Counted from the first letter of the stretch, positions 38,852-51,087 are shown. The stretch: DNA of 64,000 bases from Geosiphon pyriformis uo1 (GCA_016748015.1 JAAOMT010000727.1:365306-429305); one strand, 5' to 3'. Notes: generated by a model not told the origin, from the letters alone. A program made the numbers and translations.

Positions 38852-39588
38852 TGTTACTCATAGAATATAAGAAAATATAGTATTATTAATCAGTAGATAT
38901 TAGCCAATCAGAGGTAGACATAGTAAATATGGAATTCCAGGATTCCTCTCAAAGGAATTGCAGGATTCTAGGAAATTCAAAATTCTCCGATGAAGAATCG
39001 CAGAATTCCAGAATTCCAGGATTCCTCTCATCAGAAATCACAGAATTCCAGGAATTCCAAGATTCCTATCACAAGGAATTGAGAAATTGAGGAATTTCAA
39101 ATAAATAATTATTCCATACTCTAAAACTTCTTTCCATTACCAACATCTTATGTTGATAATAATTCATACTTAATCACACTAGAACAATAGTTCTTGATTA
39201 TGACTATTGATGGGATACTAATCTACAAATTGTCTTGGCTTATTTCTTTATATTTCTTTATTTTCTTTATTTTCTTCTTTGATTTTGTTATTGTGCACTA
39301 ACCAATTTATTAAAAGCACTGATTACTGATGTCAAGGATTGCCTAGTAAAAGACCCCTGCAAGTGGGTAAGACATGTACAGAAGATACAGATTACTTACT
39401 AGAGGATTGCCAGCCACCAAGCTGAGAAAAGAATTGACAGACTTGCGAGTCTGGGAAGTTACGGATAAAACAACTATTGAATTTCTGTTCATTATACAAC
39501 AGAGTCCATTAAAACTTTCAGATACAACACTTTCAAAACATCATCAATGGAAATAGCTTTTTGAACACCAAGTTATGAGTTTGTTATT
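38852..39588 (+). repeat. 5' LTR of C (84-bp internal deletion; 3' end deleted)
   Basis: Aligns to 45437-46257 and joins directly to protease coding sequence at 39589. Confidence 0.9.
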
Positions 39589-42500
39589 AATTAAGTCACC
39601 GAGTTAATCGAGCTGCTAGTGCCAGAATCATCATGGCTGATGGAGTGACCAAGACTTTAATTGGCGAAATTAATGACTTACCAATTGAAATTAATGGCAT
39701 TATAGTCCCAATCAAAGTACTCATCATGGAAACCACCCAATACCAAGCTCTATTTAGTAATGACTGGCTGTCCAAGACAAATGCCACTTTAGACTGGAAC
39801 ACACAAGAGCTTCAAATTAGCCAGAACTGGCAACACATGCATGTACCAGCAACATGTGGCCACTTCAAGGCTACCAACACCATGGCACCACTAATTAACT
39901 TTGAGGAAGAGAAACCAAAACCTACCTGGGAAGCCTACCAAGTGTTGTGAGCTAACAAAAAGCACAACGAACTGCCACCAATACTCTCTTAGGATGACAA
40001 TGGGAAAAGAAAGCAAACAAACAAACTTACTTGGGAAACTGATGATCTGACTTGGACTAACAACAAACAAGAAGAAGCCTCAAGTTGGGAATAAAATGAA
40101 GATAAGAGAAAAGGATAAGAAAAGGAAGAAGGAATGCCACCAACTGCCACCATTTATAATTCCTACACCCACCACATTCCACAACAATCCAATTATCAAT
40201 GGCCAAAGCTTGTATGCGTCAATTGCAGCAAGAAACTGTTGTCAATAAGTGTATGCTGTGGCGATGATGAAGAATACTATACTGCAACAAAGTTCTACTG
40301 TTGTCCATGCATATTCAAATGCTTTGAACAACCAAAGAGGCAAGGAAAATGGAATAACCAATCTTGTCTTGCTTGTGGAGAGACCCTGCTAGATGAAGGG
40401 ATGTGGAACAACATTTCAGGACGTGGAGGAACATGTGATGTGTCAATACACAATTCTAATAAGCGACTAGATAAGGAAAGAAACCCCAATAGAAGCAGCC
40501 TGGAGAAGAGCCATGCAGCAACTAGACAGTTGTCCACATGATGATGACAAAATTTGGAGAATGGCAATTGCCAAAATAGAAGGAGCAACACCCAAAGAGA
40601 TCAGAGAGATCAAAAACAATTCCCCAGAGCCCATAGAACTTGACTGAGACCCAGAACCAGTTATAAATTTTTTAGATCTGGAGTAATTCCACAAACATTA
40701 TCAGGAGTTAACACCCACAAAGAAGGAGTAGGAGAAATGCTTGGAAGAAATAAACACCAGATTATGTGACCACTGTTTAATTCCATGTGATTTCTAATAT
40801 TGTGATGAGTGTGATCTCATCTACAATCTACCACCATACATGATCTACACAATTCCCAAGGAAGAAGAACTAACCAACAGCTGCGCATCGGAATCGGAAT
40901 TAGTTTACAATCCCAATTCAAATTCTGACAACAATGATGATGAAAACACTGGTTCTAGCTTTGTGCAATATGGCAATAAAAATATCAATGATTTAGACTC
41001 CAATCCTAACTACAAACAATACATCACCCTACCAAATCTCTCTAAAAAACAGGAGTTGAAATGGTACAGTGACAATGGTAAAGGCATCATGCCAAAACAA
41101 GCACATGATACCAATGCAGGGTTTGACCTAAGATATCCAGGAAAAAATACTATCAAATTGAAACCACATTTGTGCACCTGCATTGATCTGGAAATCCCAG
41201 CAACAACAATGGTTCAACTAGCATCCCAGAGTAGTTTAGCAAAAAGAGAGATTAATATAAAAAGAGGAATAATTGACATGGAATATGTAGGAAATATCAT
41301 TGTCATACTACAAAATGATTCAAAAAAAGCCTATATAATACAGCCAAATGAAAAGATAGCACAGGCAATATTCTTACTGTTAGTTAAGATAGCTCAATTA
41401 GTACCAGTAAGAAATAGAGAAAAATTAGAAATAACAGCAAGAGAGATACAGAGATTTAGGTCAACAGGTAGAATAGATGTACTAGTTAATATGGCGGAGG
41501 AAAAAATTGTTGGCCAAGGAGAAATTATCTCAACCAGTCAAGCTATTTTCATTCCACCATATAGCCAGTACATACTAGCAATAAAAAGGAAGAAAAAAAA
41601 GCAAGAACAGATTTTTGAAGCTAAAGCAAACCTTTGTGAATCAGGAGAGATTGGACTGATCAATCTCTACATACCAGCCAAAAGCTATAGCCACATAAAA
41701 ATTCCCATCTACAACAACACTGGCAATGTTATTAACATACCAAAAGAAACCACCATCAGATATTTAACCACAGAAATAGAAGACCAACCACCAAACCCCA
41801 TTTCAGACTTTCCACAACTTTGTGAATATGTCAACATCACATCACAAACAATCTATGGACGAGACAAATGTTATTTGCTCCAATCAGAACAATTGGAACA
41901 AACAAACATGGGAAATTTAGACTCATTACAACGTATGCAGCTCAAGATGTTGCTTAACAATTTCAATGACATCTTTGCCAGCGAAAATGAGTTTGGCCAA
42001 ACTGATATTATCCAGCATCAGATCAAGATTAGAGATGCAATGCCAATTAAACAAAGAGCATACAGAGTGCCACCAGCCAGTCATGAGATCATTCATCAAG
42101 AAATCAACCAGATGCTTGACAACAGGCTAATTCAACCATCAATAAGCCCATGGTTGTCACCAGTAATACTTGTCTGTAAAAAGAATAGAAAAATCCGATT
42201 TTGTGTGGACTACAGAAAACTCAATGGTATAACTCATGGAGACAGTTATCCAACTCCATGAATACAGAAATTATTTGATGCTTTTGGTGGGAACAAATGG
42301 TTCTCAACATTAGACTTAGACAGTAGTTACTGGCAAGTAGCCATGAATCCAGTTAACAAAAAAAAGACAGCATTCATTACTAGAGAAAAAAATTTCGAAT
42401 TTGAAATGATGCTATTTGGCTTGATCAACGCTCCAGCCACTTTCCAATGGTTAATCGAAATTGTTTATATTGACTTATTGTGGAAATCAGTAGTTGTATA

Positions 42501-43302
42501 CTTGGATGACACCAATGTATTTTCAAAGATGTTTGATGATCATCTTTATTATCTTTAACAAGTATTCAAAAGACTAAGAAGAGCAGGACTAAAGTTAAAT
42601 GCAACAAAATGCTTCTTTGGCAAGACAGAACTAAAATTCTTGAGACACATAGTCAGCAAAGACGGCATCAAAACAGATTCAGAGAAAATAGAGATAGTAA
42701 AGAACTTTTCAGTGCCAACCAATATGATAGAACTGAAATCATTCTTGGGATTTGCCAGCTACTATTGACATTTTATCAAGAACTTCTTCAAGATAGCACA
42801 GCCACTCAACCAACTGCAAAACAAAAATACAAAATATGAATGGACAGAAAGTCAACAAGAAGCTTTTAATATTCTAAAAAGAAAGCTCATTCAAGCTCCA
42901 GTACTGATCTATCCAGATCACAGCAAACCATTTATCATCACCACTGATGCATCCAGTCAAGCATTGGGAGCAGTATTATCTTAGAGAGGACCAGACAGCA
43001 GAGAACATCCAGTAGCATATGTCAGCAGAGGTTTAACACCAGCCGAAAAGAACTATAGAACACCAGAACAAGAACACTTAGCAATATACTGAGCAGTCAT
43101 AAAATGGAAAAAATACTTGAGCCAGAAGTTTGAAGTGTACACAGATCACAAAGGATTAACATTACTTCAAAAACAAAAATTTGAAGATAGAAGACAGTCA
43201 AGATGGAAAATGATACTTGCACTATATAATTATACTATACATTATAAAAAGGGAAAAAAAAACAGAAATGCTGATGGTTTATTGCGAATAAGACAAATCT
43301 AA
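39589..43302 (+). pseudogene. C pol: protease C-terminal half, Cys-rich domain, dUTPase (about 41060-41470), RT, RNase H
   Basis: AHDTNAGFDL, GIIDMEYVGNI, EKIAQ and STG (dUTPase); FCVDYRKLN and YLDD (RT); TDAS and YTDHKGL (RNase H). Confidence 0.92.
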
Positions 43303-43363
43303 AGACATTTCAACCCAAAAATATAACAAAACCAAAACAATATTTATGAAAATATAACAAAAG

Positions 43364-44733
43364 ATGAACACACAAAAATATCAACAACTTTAATATTATA
43401 TAGATACTCAACAGTTCAAGGAGAAATTATCTCAACTGGAACAAAAGAGGATCAAACAACAATCTAAATATTTTATCACCCACCAAAATATATTTTATCG
43501 AAAAAATAGAAAAGATTCAAATCAGCCAACCAGAGTAATTACAGAACCAGAAAAAGAAATAATACTGTTTAATATGTACTCAGATCCAACTGCAGGACAT
43601 TTTCATAAAGAAGCAATCATAGAAAGAACCAGAAAGAGATACTATTGGCCATCAATATATCCAGACATTATACAATATGTACAAAATTGTGATGCTTGTC
43701 AAAGAAGAGGTGGAACAAGACCCAGCAAACTATTGAGACGAATCAAAGTGAGACAACCATTTGATCACATTGGAATTGATTTAGTTAGACCATTGACAAT
43801 TACCAGCAGAGACAACAGATATATTGCAGTAGCCATGGACTACCTTACAAAATAGCCAGAAGCAAAAGCAATTCAAAGGGCAAATGCAGAATCCATTGTC
43901 GAATTCATTCATCAGGATTTGATTTGTTGACATGGATGTCCAAAAGAACTATTATCAGAACTCATTTTGTGAATAGAACATTAGCAGAACTAAGCCAAAG
44001 ATTCGGAATTAAGAGACTACTATCACTACCATACCATCCACAAACCAATGGATTAGTTGAAAGATTTAATAGAATATTGTGTAAAGCAATGGCAAAACTC
44101 AGCCAAAAAAACCAAGACAAATGGGATTTGTTTATACCATCTATACTATTGGCTTATCAAACAATGAAGCAAGACACTACACAAGCAACACCATTTGAAT
44201 TAGTATATAGTAGAACAGCAACACTACCAGTTGAGATAGAAGTTAACACTTATCCAACAGAACCAATAACTGTAGACAATTTTCAGGAAACATTACTAAG
44301 AAGAACATATGATTTAATGAAAACTCTAGAAAACAAGCAATAAAGAGCAGCTGATAACATTAAAAAGGCACAAGAGAAACAAAAAGAGAGGCATGATAAC
44401 CAACTACCAGACAAATCAGTTGAATTCAAGATTGGAGACAAAGTACTTTTACATCATACTAAAGCGGAAAAACAATGGAGTGCAAAATTTGACCCCAAAT
44501 GGGACGGACCATTTTACATAGAAAAAATTCTAGGAAATAGAGCTTACAAATTAAGACTGAACAACAAAATCTTAGCCAAAGCAGCACATAGTGATTAACT
44601 GAAACCATTTTACTAGATAGCATTAGCATCTACCAATAACATTCCACAACTGGGAGTACAAAGAATACTAGTCCAACCAGATGAGATTTCATGAGACTGG
44701 GAACCAATCATAATCATTAAACCAAACACGTAA
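43364..44733 (+). pseudogene. C integrase in a separate ORF
   Basis: Starts MNTQKY. Has GHF, CDACQ, GIDLV, YHPQTNGLVERFN and WDGPF, and ends WEPIIII. Confidence 0.9.
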
Positions 44734-44763
44734 AATTGAACAAACAAAATAGTATATAAAGAC

Positions 44764-45423
44764 ATGGTCAATGCGACAAAAGATACCAGAAAAATGGAAA
44801 TAACCAACAACATCCACTCACTAGCACAACAACTCTTTCAATTAATCCAACACCAAGAAATGGAAATTACAATCAATCAACAAACCATTTGTTACAAAAA
44901 TATGACAAATATACCACAACACAAAGCACAGAAAAGACTTTAAAATGTTGTTGACAAGATCATGACTAAGATAAAATTGGCCATAAACGAACAACAAATA
45001 GTCAGATTACACCAAGACCTTACCAGAGAAACTTGGACTTGGTGGATGCAACAATTTCCAAAAAACTATTGTCATTTCCACTTGGAACAACATGTAAATA
45101 TTCAGAATTTGTACACCGACAAAACAAAATGGTTATTTGACACAACAATACTGAAACAACTGGAACAATTTGTGGGAAAAAACAATCTAACCACACAAAC
45201 TCGAGCCATTTACTGGCTATATATGGGATTTTAAGACCGACCAGAAATCTTACTTAACACAGCAATGGATACAGTTACGAGTAATCAATTTGGAAAAATG
45301 ACCAATGCCCAATTTGAAAAATTACAAAATCAAATAACACAAGTAATACTTGAAAAAGAAGTTCAAGAAATAATTCAAGAGGGAGAATTAAAAGAATTAG
45401 ATTTTGACAGAACTCAATATTAA
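44764..45423 (+). pseudogene. C additional 3' ORF (about 220 aa)
   Basis: Single frame from ATG 44764 to TAA 45421 with two internal TAA stops. Similar N- and C-terminal patterns to the B and A ORF3. Confidence 0.75.
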
Positions 45424-45436
45424 AAAAAAGGAATAA

Positions 45437-46289
45437 TATTACTCATAGAATATAGAAAAATATAGTATTATTAGTCAGTAGATATTAGCCAATCAGAGGT
45501 AGACATAGTAAATGTGGAATTTCAGGATTCCTCTTAGAGAAATTGCAGAATTCCAGGAAATTCAGAATTCCCTGACAAGGAATTGCAGAATTTCAGAATT
45601 CCAAGATTCTTCTCATCAGGAATCACAGAATTCCAGGAATTCCAAGATTCCTGTCACAAGAAATTGAGGAATTGAGGAATTTCAAATATGTATATATAGC
45701 AGTAGTGTTAGAAACAGAAAAGACAGAATTGATACTACAGAATTCTTAGTCTAAAAACACAATCATTAAATAAATAATTATTTCATACTTCAAAACTTCT
45801 TTCCATTACCAACATCTCATGTTGATAATAATCCATACTTAACCACACTGGAACAATAGCTCTTAATCATGGCTATTGATGAGATACTAATCTACAAATT
45901 GCCTTGGCTTATTTCTTTATATTTTTTTATTTTCTTTATTTTCTTCTTTAATTTTGTTATTGTGCACTAACCAATTGATTAAAAGTGCTGATTACTAACA
46001 TTAAAGATTGCCTAGTAAAAGACTTCTATGAGTGGGTAGGACATATACAGAAGATATGGATTACTTATCAGAGAATTGCCGGCTACCAAGCTGAAAAAAG
46101 AATCGACAGACTCGCGAGTCTGGAAAGCTACGAATAAAACAACTATTAAATCTCTGTCCATTATACAACAGACTCCATCAAAACCTTCAGATACAACACT
46201 TTCAGAACATCATCAATGGAAATAGCTTTTTGAGCACCAAGTTACAAGTTTGTTATTTGATTCAAGACCCCAAATAATTAACTATAACA
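45437..46289 (+). repeat. 3' LTR of C (853 bp)
   Basis: TATTACTCA (mutated TGTTACTCA)...TATAACA after a purine tract, with a GGAATTCC-rich array and TATATATA near 45691. Confidence 0.92.
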
Positions 46290-48700
46290 CTGAAATAGTG
46301 ATTCCATTGATTGTAAAGGAGAAATCATCAATTTCTTCTACTGAAGTCTTCTTCATACCATCAGCTGTAACAATAACTGTTTGAGCTGGTCTGTCTATGT
46401 TTTGTTTGAGTTGTTGCATCAGCTGGTAAGTAATAATACTTCCAGCCAATCCACTATCTAAGATTAAGCAAATGGGTTTTTCTTCCACTGTAGTTTCTGT
46501 GTACATAACAGTAATTGTTTTCTGTTTATTGACTACTGCATTACTAAGTAGAAATGGTAATTCATTTGCTTCAAATTCAAATGAAAATATATCTGACAGA
46601 TTGGCATTTTGGGCAATTTAAGTTGGTGAAATGATATGGTTGGAAGAGTTTGATCTTGGTGCTGCAACTTCACCTTCAGAAAGTGCAGTTTGTTGAAAAT
46701 CCGATTCCTCTGGTATTGTAAGATAACTGAGTTGAGTGTGATAATAATTGAATCTTTGCTGACCAGAATTTCGAGGAACCAACTGGTTATTTGGATTGAT
46801 TCTGTTGTTGTTACTGCAATTAATTTTGGGGTGTGAATTGGTTATGTTGAACCAATCTTCTTGCTGGTACTTGATATTGTTGAGTGAGTGGTGTCTGATA
46901 TGGCTGAATTGGTAAAGATTGCTAATATTGTTGCTGTATTAGTTGTGGAGCTGGTGAATAGTAACTGTTTTAATTTTGTGGTCTTGGTGAATAATAGATT
47001 AGTGGTAGAGATTGGTAATAAGATTGTTGTGGTGAAGAGTAATGTTGATTACTCTTGTTTTGTTGGTCTCTCTGTAATTTTCTGCAATCTTATTTTCAGT
47101 AATTTAGAATTTTACAGTAATGGCAATTTTGAGGTTGGTTGTTGGATGATGTTCTAAAGTTGTTCTGATTGTATTGTTGTAGGGGTTGATATCTTTGTGA
47201 TTGTTGCTGCTATTGTTGTTGGTTTGTAAAATAGCTTTCAACTTTTTTTGTGAGTTGGTCTATCTTCTCTTCAGCTGCTAAGCTGGTTTCTCCAATTGCA
47301 AGGTTTACAAGCTTGGTGTGATTTGCTTCTTCCATTGCCATTTCATAGCTCTTTGCATGTCTAATGGCAGTTGCTAAGTCTGCTGGTGCGTGTGAACAAA
47401 CTTTTTTAATCAGTTTGTCTTTTAACCCTGCTATAAACTGATCCAGAATTTGAGCATCAGAATAGTAGTTATTGGTTTCTAATTGTCAGATTTATCTGAG
47501 AAGTTTGTTAAATTTTTCAAGATAGGTCATAACAGTTTCAGATGTTTCTTGTTTGATATTGTGAAAGCAGTTTCTGAAAGTGATAGAGGTATTGTTATTA
47601 GTGAATTGTTGTAAAAAAGCATCTTTGAATGCTTGCCAGTTTTCAAATGGTTTTTCTAAATTTTCAAACCATTCTTCTACTGTTCCTTAGAGAAAGTAGA
47701 GAATTGCTTTAAGTATTCTTGCTGTAATTCAACCATTTGCATCTCCTGCTTTTTGAACTTTGTCAAGCCATTCTTGAGGACTGGTATCATTATCTTCACC
47801 TGTAAATTCTGGAATTTTTGCAATGTAAGTAGTTGCCATTTCCTGTGGCTTCTCCTTGATCTGATTCAGTTTTTTCACTTTCCAAATTTTCTGAATGATT
47901 ACTTTCGTTTTTCTGCAAGTATTCAATAATATTAGTGCTTGTTGATATAGGTTCCTGCTGTTGAGTAGGATTTTTAGGTAACTAAAAATCTTCTGGTCTG
48001 GAAAAATGGTTAAGTGGTGAATTTGGTGTTTGTGGTCAAGCAAGTAAAATTAGAAATGGTGTGATAGAAAGTGGTAATTTGACACTGGTTTCTTGTTCAG
48101 ATGTTTGCAAGTGTTTGGCAGTTGTCTTTGGTAGTATTGGAGTGTTTGGAGCGGTTTTTAAGTGTTGTTTCACTTTTTGTTTGCCTTTGTTGCCTGTTTC
48201 TGTTTCTGATTCAAAGTCAAAAGAGTATTTAGACTGTACTGGGTATTTTTCTTCACAATACTTGATAATGTTGTAATTGAGTTTTTGAAAGTAAGTGGCA
48301 AGTGTTTCATTGTTAAGGTCTTCAGTTTCTAACTGTAAATAGTATACTAGATTATTGTAGAGGTTGCTTCTCACTTCTGAAATGTTGTAATTTCCAAGAA
48401 GATAATTGTTTATATGGTTTTCAATGTATTGGTAGAGTGTTCTTTCAACAATTTCAATTCTGTCTGGGATGTTGAATCTCTGCTTGCAATGGGTGTAAAT
48501 TGACTGATAATACTCCAGAGTTGTTATGTCTGGTGTAGTTGTCACTTTGAAGTTTGTTGTTTGCTGTGTTATTTCCATAGAAGAGCACCAAATGTTACTG
48601 AAGGGTTTTGGTCTCTTTTCTTGAGTGTTGTAACTGTCTGTTGGTTGCAAATTCACGTTTTCTAGAAGTAATTGAACCTCCAATAACTGAATTTATCTTC
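46290..48700 (-). pseudogene. B gag (with long N-terminal extension) and protease N-terminal half
   Basis: IPEFTGED..PQEWL, FKDAFLQQF, IKQ..SETV..Y and QFIAGL (retrotransposon gag); LILDSG (aspartic protease). Confidence 0.85.
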
Positions 48701-48835
48701 AAATTATCTCCTATAATTTGAACTGCTGGGCTTATAAGTGGAATGGCCAATTTTTTGCCAGTTACTTTATGTAGTTATGTTGAAGTAAATGTTAACTCTT
48801 TCCCAGGAATTGCTTGTCTGGAAGCTCACTAAAAA

Positions 48836-49581
48836 TGTGTAGTTACTTTGCTGTGAAAGTCAACTCTTCTACAGGAATCTATCCTAATAATTGTAATAAA
48901 AAAAGAAAAGAAAAATAAAAAAAATAGAATTTTGTCAAGGGAAACGTTTTCTATCCAGGCCTGGAGTCACTAACAGTTTACTGAAATTGGTAGCTAATCA
49001 ATTTCAAAATGTTAGTTGGGTTTTGGGGATTTACCAAGTGCAATAATTAAAGAATTTGGTTTTTCAAATTATTTGATATTTATTTCTTTTTGTGTGTATA
49101 AGAATGGTTCTAAGTGATAAATCTAAAGTAAGATACATTTTCTTGAAGAGAAAAGCTCTTCTTTTATACAACTTGTTGTAGTACTAGTCTATGAACTTGC
49201 ACTTTTTTTCTTTGCTCAAATTTCGGCGAACTAAAGATACATTTTGATGAACTACAAGTTATTTCGCTGAACTATTGATTAATTTGGATGAACTATTCAT
49301 AATTTCGGCGAATTTCTATAAATTTCGGCAAATTTTATATAAATTTCGGCGAATTTCTGTAAATTTCGGCGAATTTTTAGAATGTTACAAAGTTTAGGGT
49401 ATTGTGTAATTTGATCATTTTACTTTCTGTTGTACTAATTGGATTATTAATTGAATCGTGATATGTGATAAATTGATTAAATAATAAGTGATAATTTGGA
49501 TTGATATTAACATGTTAATTACTGATAGGAATTATAAGGATAATTTCATGCTAATTAATAGCTAAAATTTTACTGGTAACA
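48836..49581 (-). repeat. 5' LTR of B (inner boundary uncertain: 48836 or 48933)
   Basis: U3 end TGTTACCAG at 49581. Candidate end ...TACACA is followed by a degenerate PBS-like TTTTTAGTGAGC. Confidence 0.85.
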
Positions 49582-50760
49582 CTGTTTACAATTTATTATC
49601 ATATATTATCTATATTATTTTAGAGCTTAACAAACCAATTAATAAAGCTAAAAAATTGAAATTAGAGCTTAATCTTAATTAATTATTATTTTTAAATTTA
49701 TTGAAGATTTAAATATTATTACTAAAGCTAAATAATATATAACATTTTTTAATTTATTAAAAAGTAAGTGCTTAAATAGTTTAGCAAAAATAATAAAAAC
49801 ATTATATCTAAAAAAACACATAAAACAAATATTAGATTTAATCTTAAAACTTTATTTATTTAATAATATAAATTTAAAATTAGCATAAAAAATTTTAACA
49901 ATTACTATAATTTAGTTAATATTTAAATTTAGCTTAACCAAAAAAAAATTACTATAAAAGAAGAAATAATTGACATTGAATATATAGAAAATATTATTAT
50001 TATACTACAAAATAATTTAAATAAAGTTTATAAATAAAATCAAAAGAAAAAATAACACAAATTATATTCTTGTTATTAATTAAAATAACTAAATTAGTAT
50101 TAATAAAAACCAAAAAAAATTAAAAATAATGACCAAAAAGATTAAAAGATTTAAATTAACAGAAAAAATTTATATATATATCAATATAACAAAAAAAAAT
50201 ATTAATTAAAAAGAAATTATTTTTATTAGTTATAATATTTTTATTCTACTATATTATAAATACTTATTAAAAATATTTTAAAAAATTAAAAATTAGCCCC
50301 AAATTTTAAAGCAGAATTAGATAAATGTTAAAACAAAACTATTGTCATTACTAATTTGTATATACTAGCTAAAAATTACAAAAATATTAAAATTTTAATT
50401 ATTAATAACACAAAAAATTATGTAGAAATATTGGCTAATATATTATTAGATATTTAAGTCCAAAAATTAAGAACCAGCAGTCAACCAATGTTTTAAACTT
50501 CAATTAATTATGTAAATATATAGTTTTTACATTACAAATTTGGATTTAAAAAATAAATATTATGTATTTTAATTAAAACAATTAGAGCAAATAAATTTAA
50601 AAAATCTGAATTAATTATAAAAAATATAGCTTTAAATAATATTAAAACAATATATCAATATTTTTACAAGCAAAAATAAATTTGAAAAAACTTATATAAT
50701 TTAACATAAAATCAAAACAAAAAATGTTAAGCCAATTAAACAAAAAATATATAGAATAAC
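49582..50760 (+). mobile_element. Relic Gypsy D, right part: end of Cys-rich domain, dUTPase, start of RT
   Basis: AT-decayed match to C 40820-42070 (YNPPPxxIYTIP, IDxxYxxNI..LQN, IF.S.N.F.KT..I.H.I). Confidence 0.75.
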
Positions 50761-51087
50761 TTTAATTCTTATTATTAGTTTAACTACAAAATTGAAAATC
50801 AGTAATAATTACATATTAACTAATTCCTAATATTATTAACTTATAAACAAAAAATTATTCCAAAAATTTAGGAAATCTATAACCAATTTTTTAAATTTTT
50901 AGAACTATTTAAGTTTTTTTGTTGTAATTGAAACCAATAATTTTAACAATGATATCAATAGTTACAACATAATTTTATTTGCAATTATTACTAAAAATAG
51001 TATACATGTTATTATTTTTTTATTTGAATTAAAAACTAAATTATTATTTAATAGAACTGTTTTAAATTTAACTTAGTCTATTACTAT

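Larger units (their letters stand above)
38852..46289 (+). mobile_element. Ty3/Gypsy LTR retrotransposon C nested in the protease of B; gag deleted; 4-bp TSD CTGG/CTGA
   Basis: LTRs at 38852-39588 and 45437-46289. Removing C and one TSD copy restores the B protease reading INGITIPVKILVMDAP. Confidence 0.95.
32303..49581 (-). mobile_element. Ty3/Gypsy LTR retrotransposon B (gag-PR-CysRich-dUTPase-RT-RH / IN / ORF3), interrupted by element C
   Basis: Paired LTRs (15 differences over 616 aligned bp), PPT AAGGAGGAGG at about 32922-32931, and all coding domains in order on the minus strand. Confidence 0.95.

Noticed and set aside
44764-45423. ORF3 as a retroviral envelope gene
   Set aside because: Too short, with no signal peptide or transmembrane anchor evident.
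31555-49581. DIRS-type element (inverted terminal repeats plus an internal copy)
   Set aside because: It has a DDE integrase, protease, PPT and TSD, and no tyrosine recombinase.
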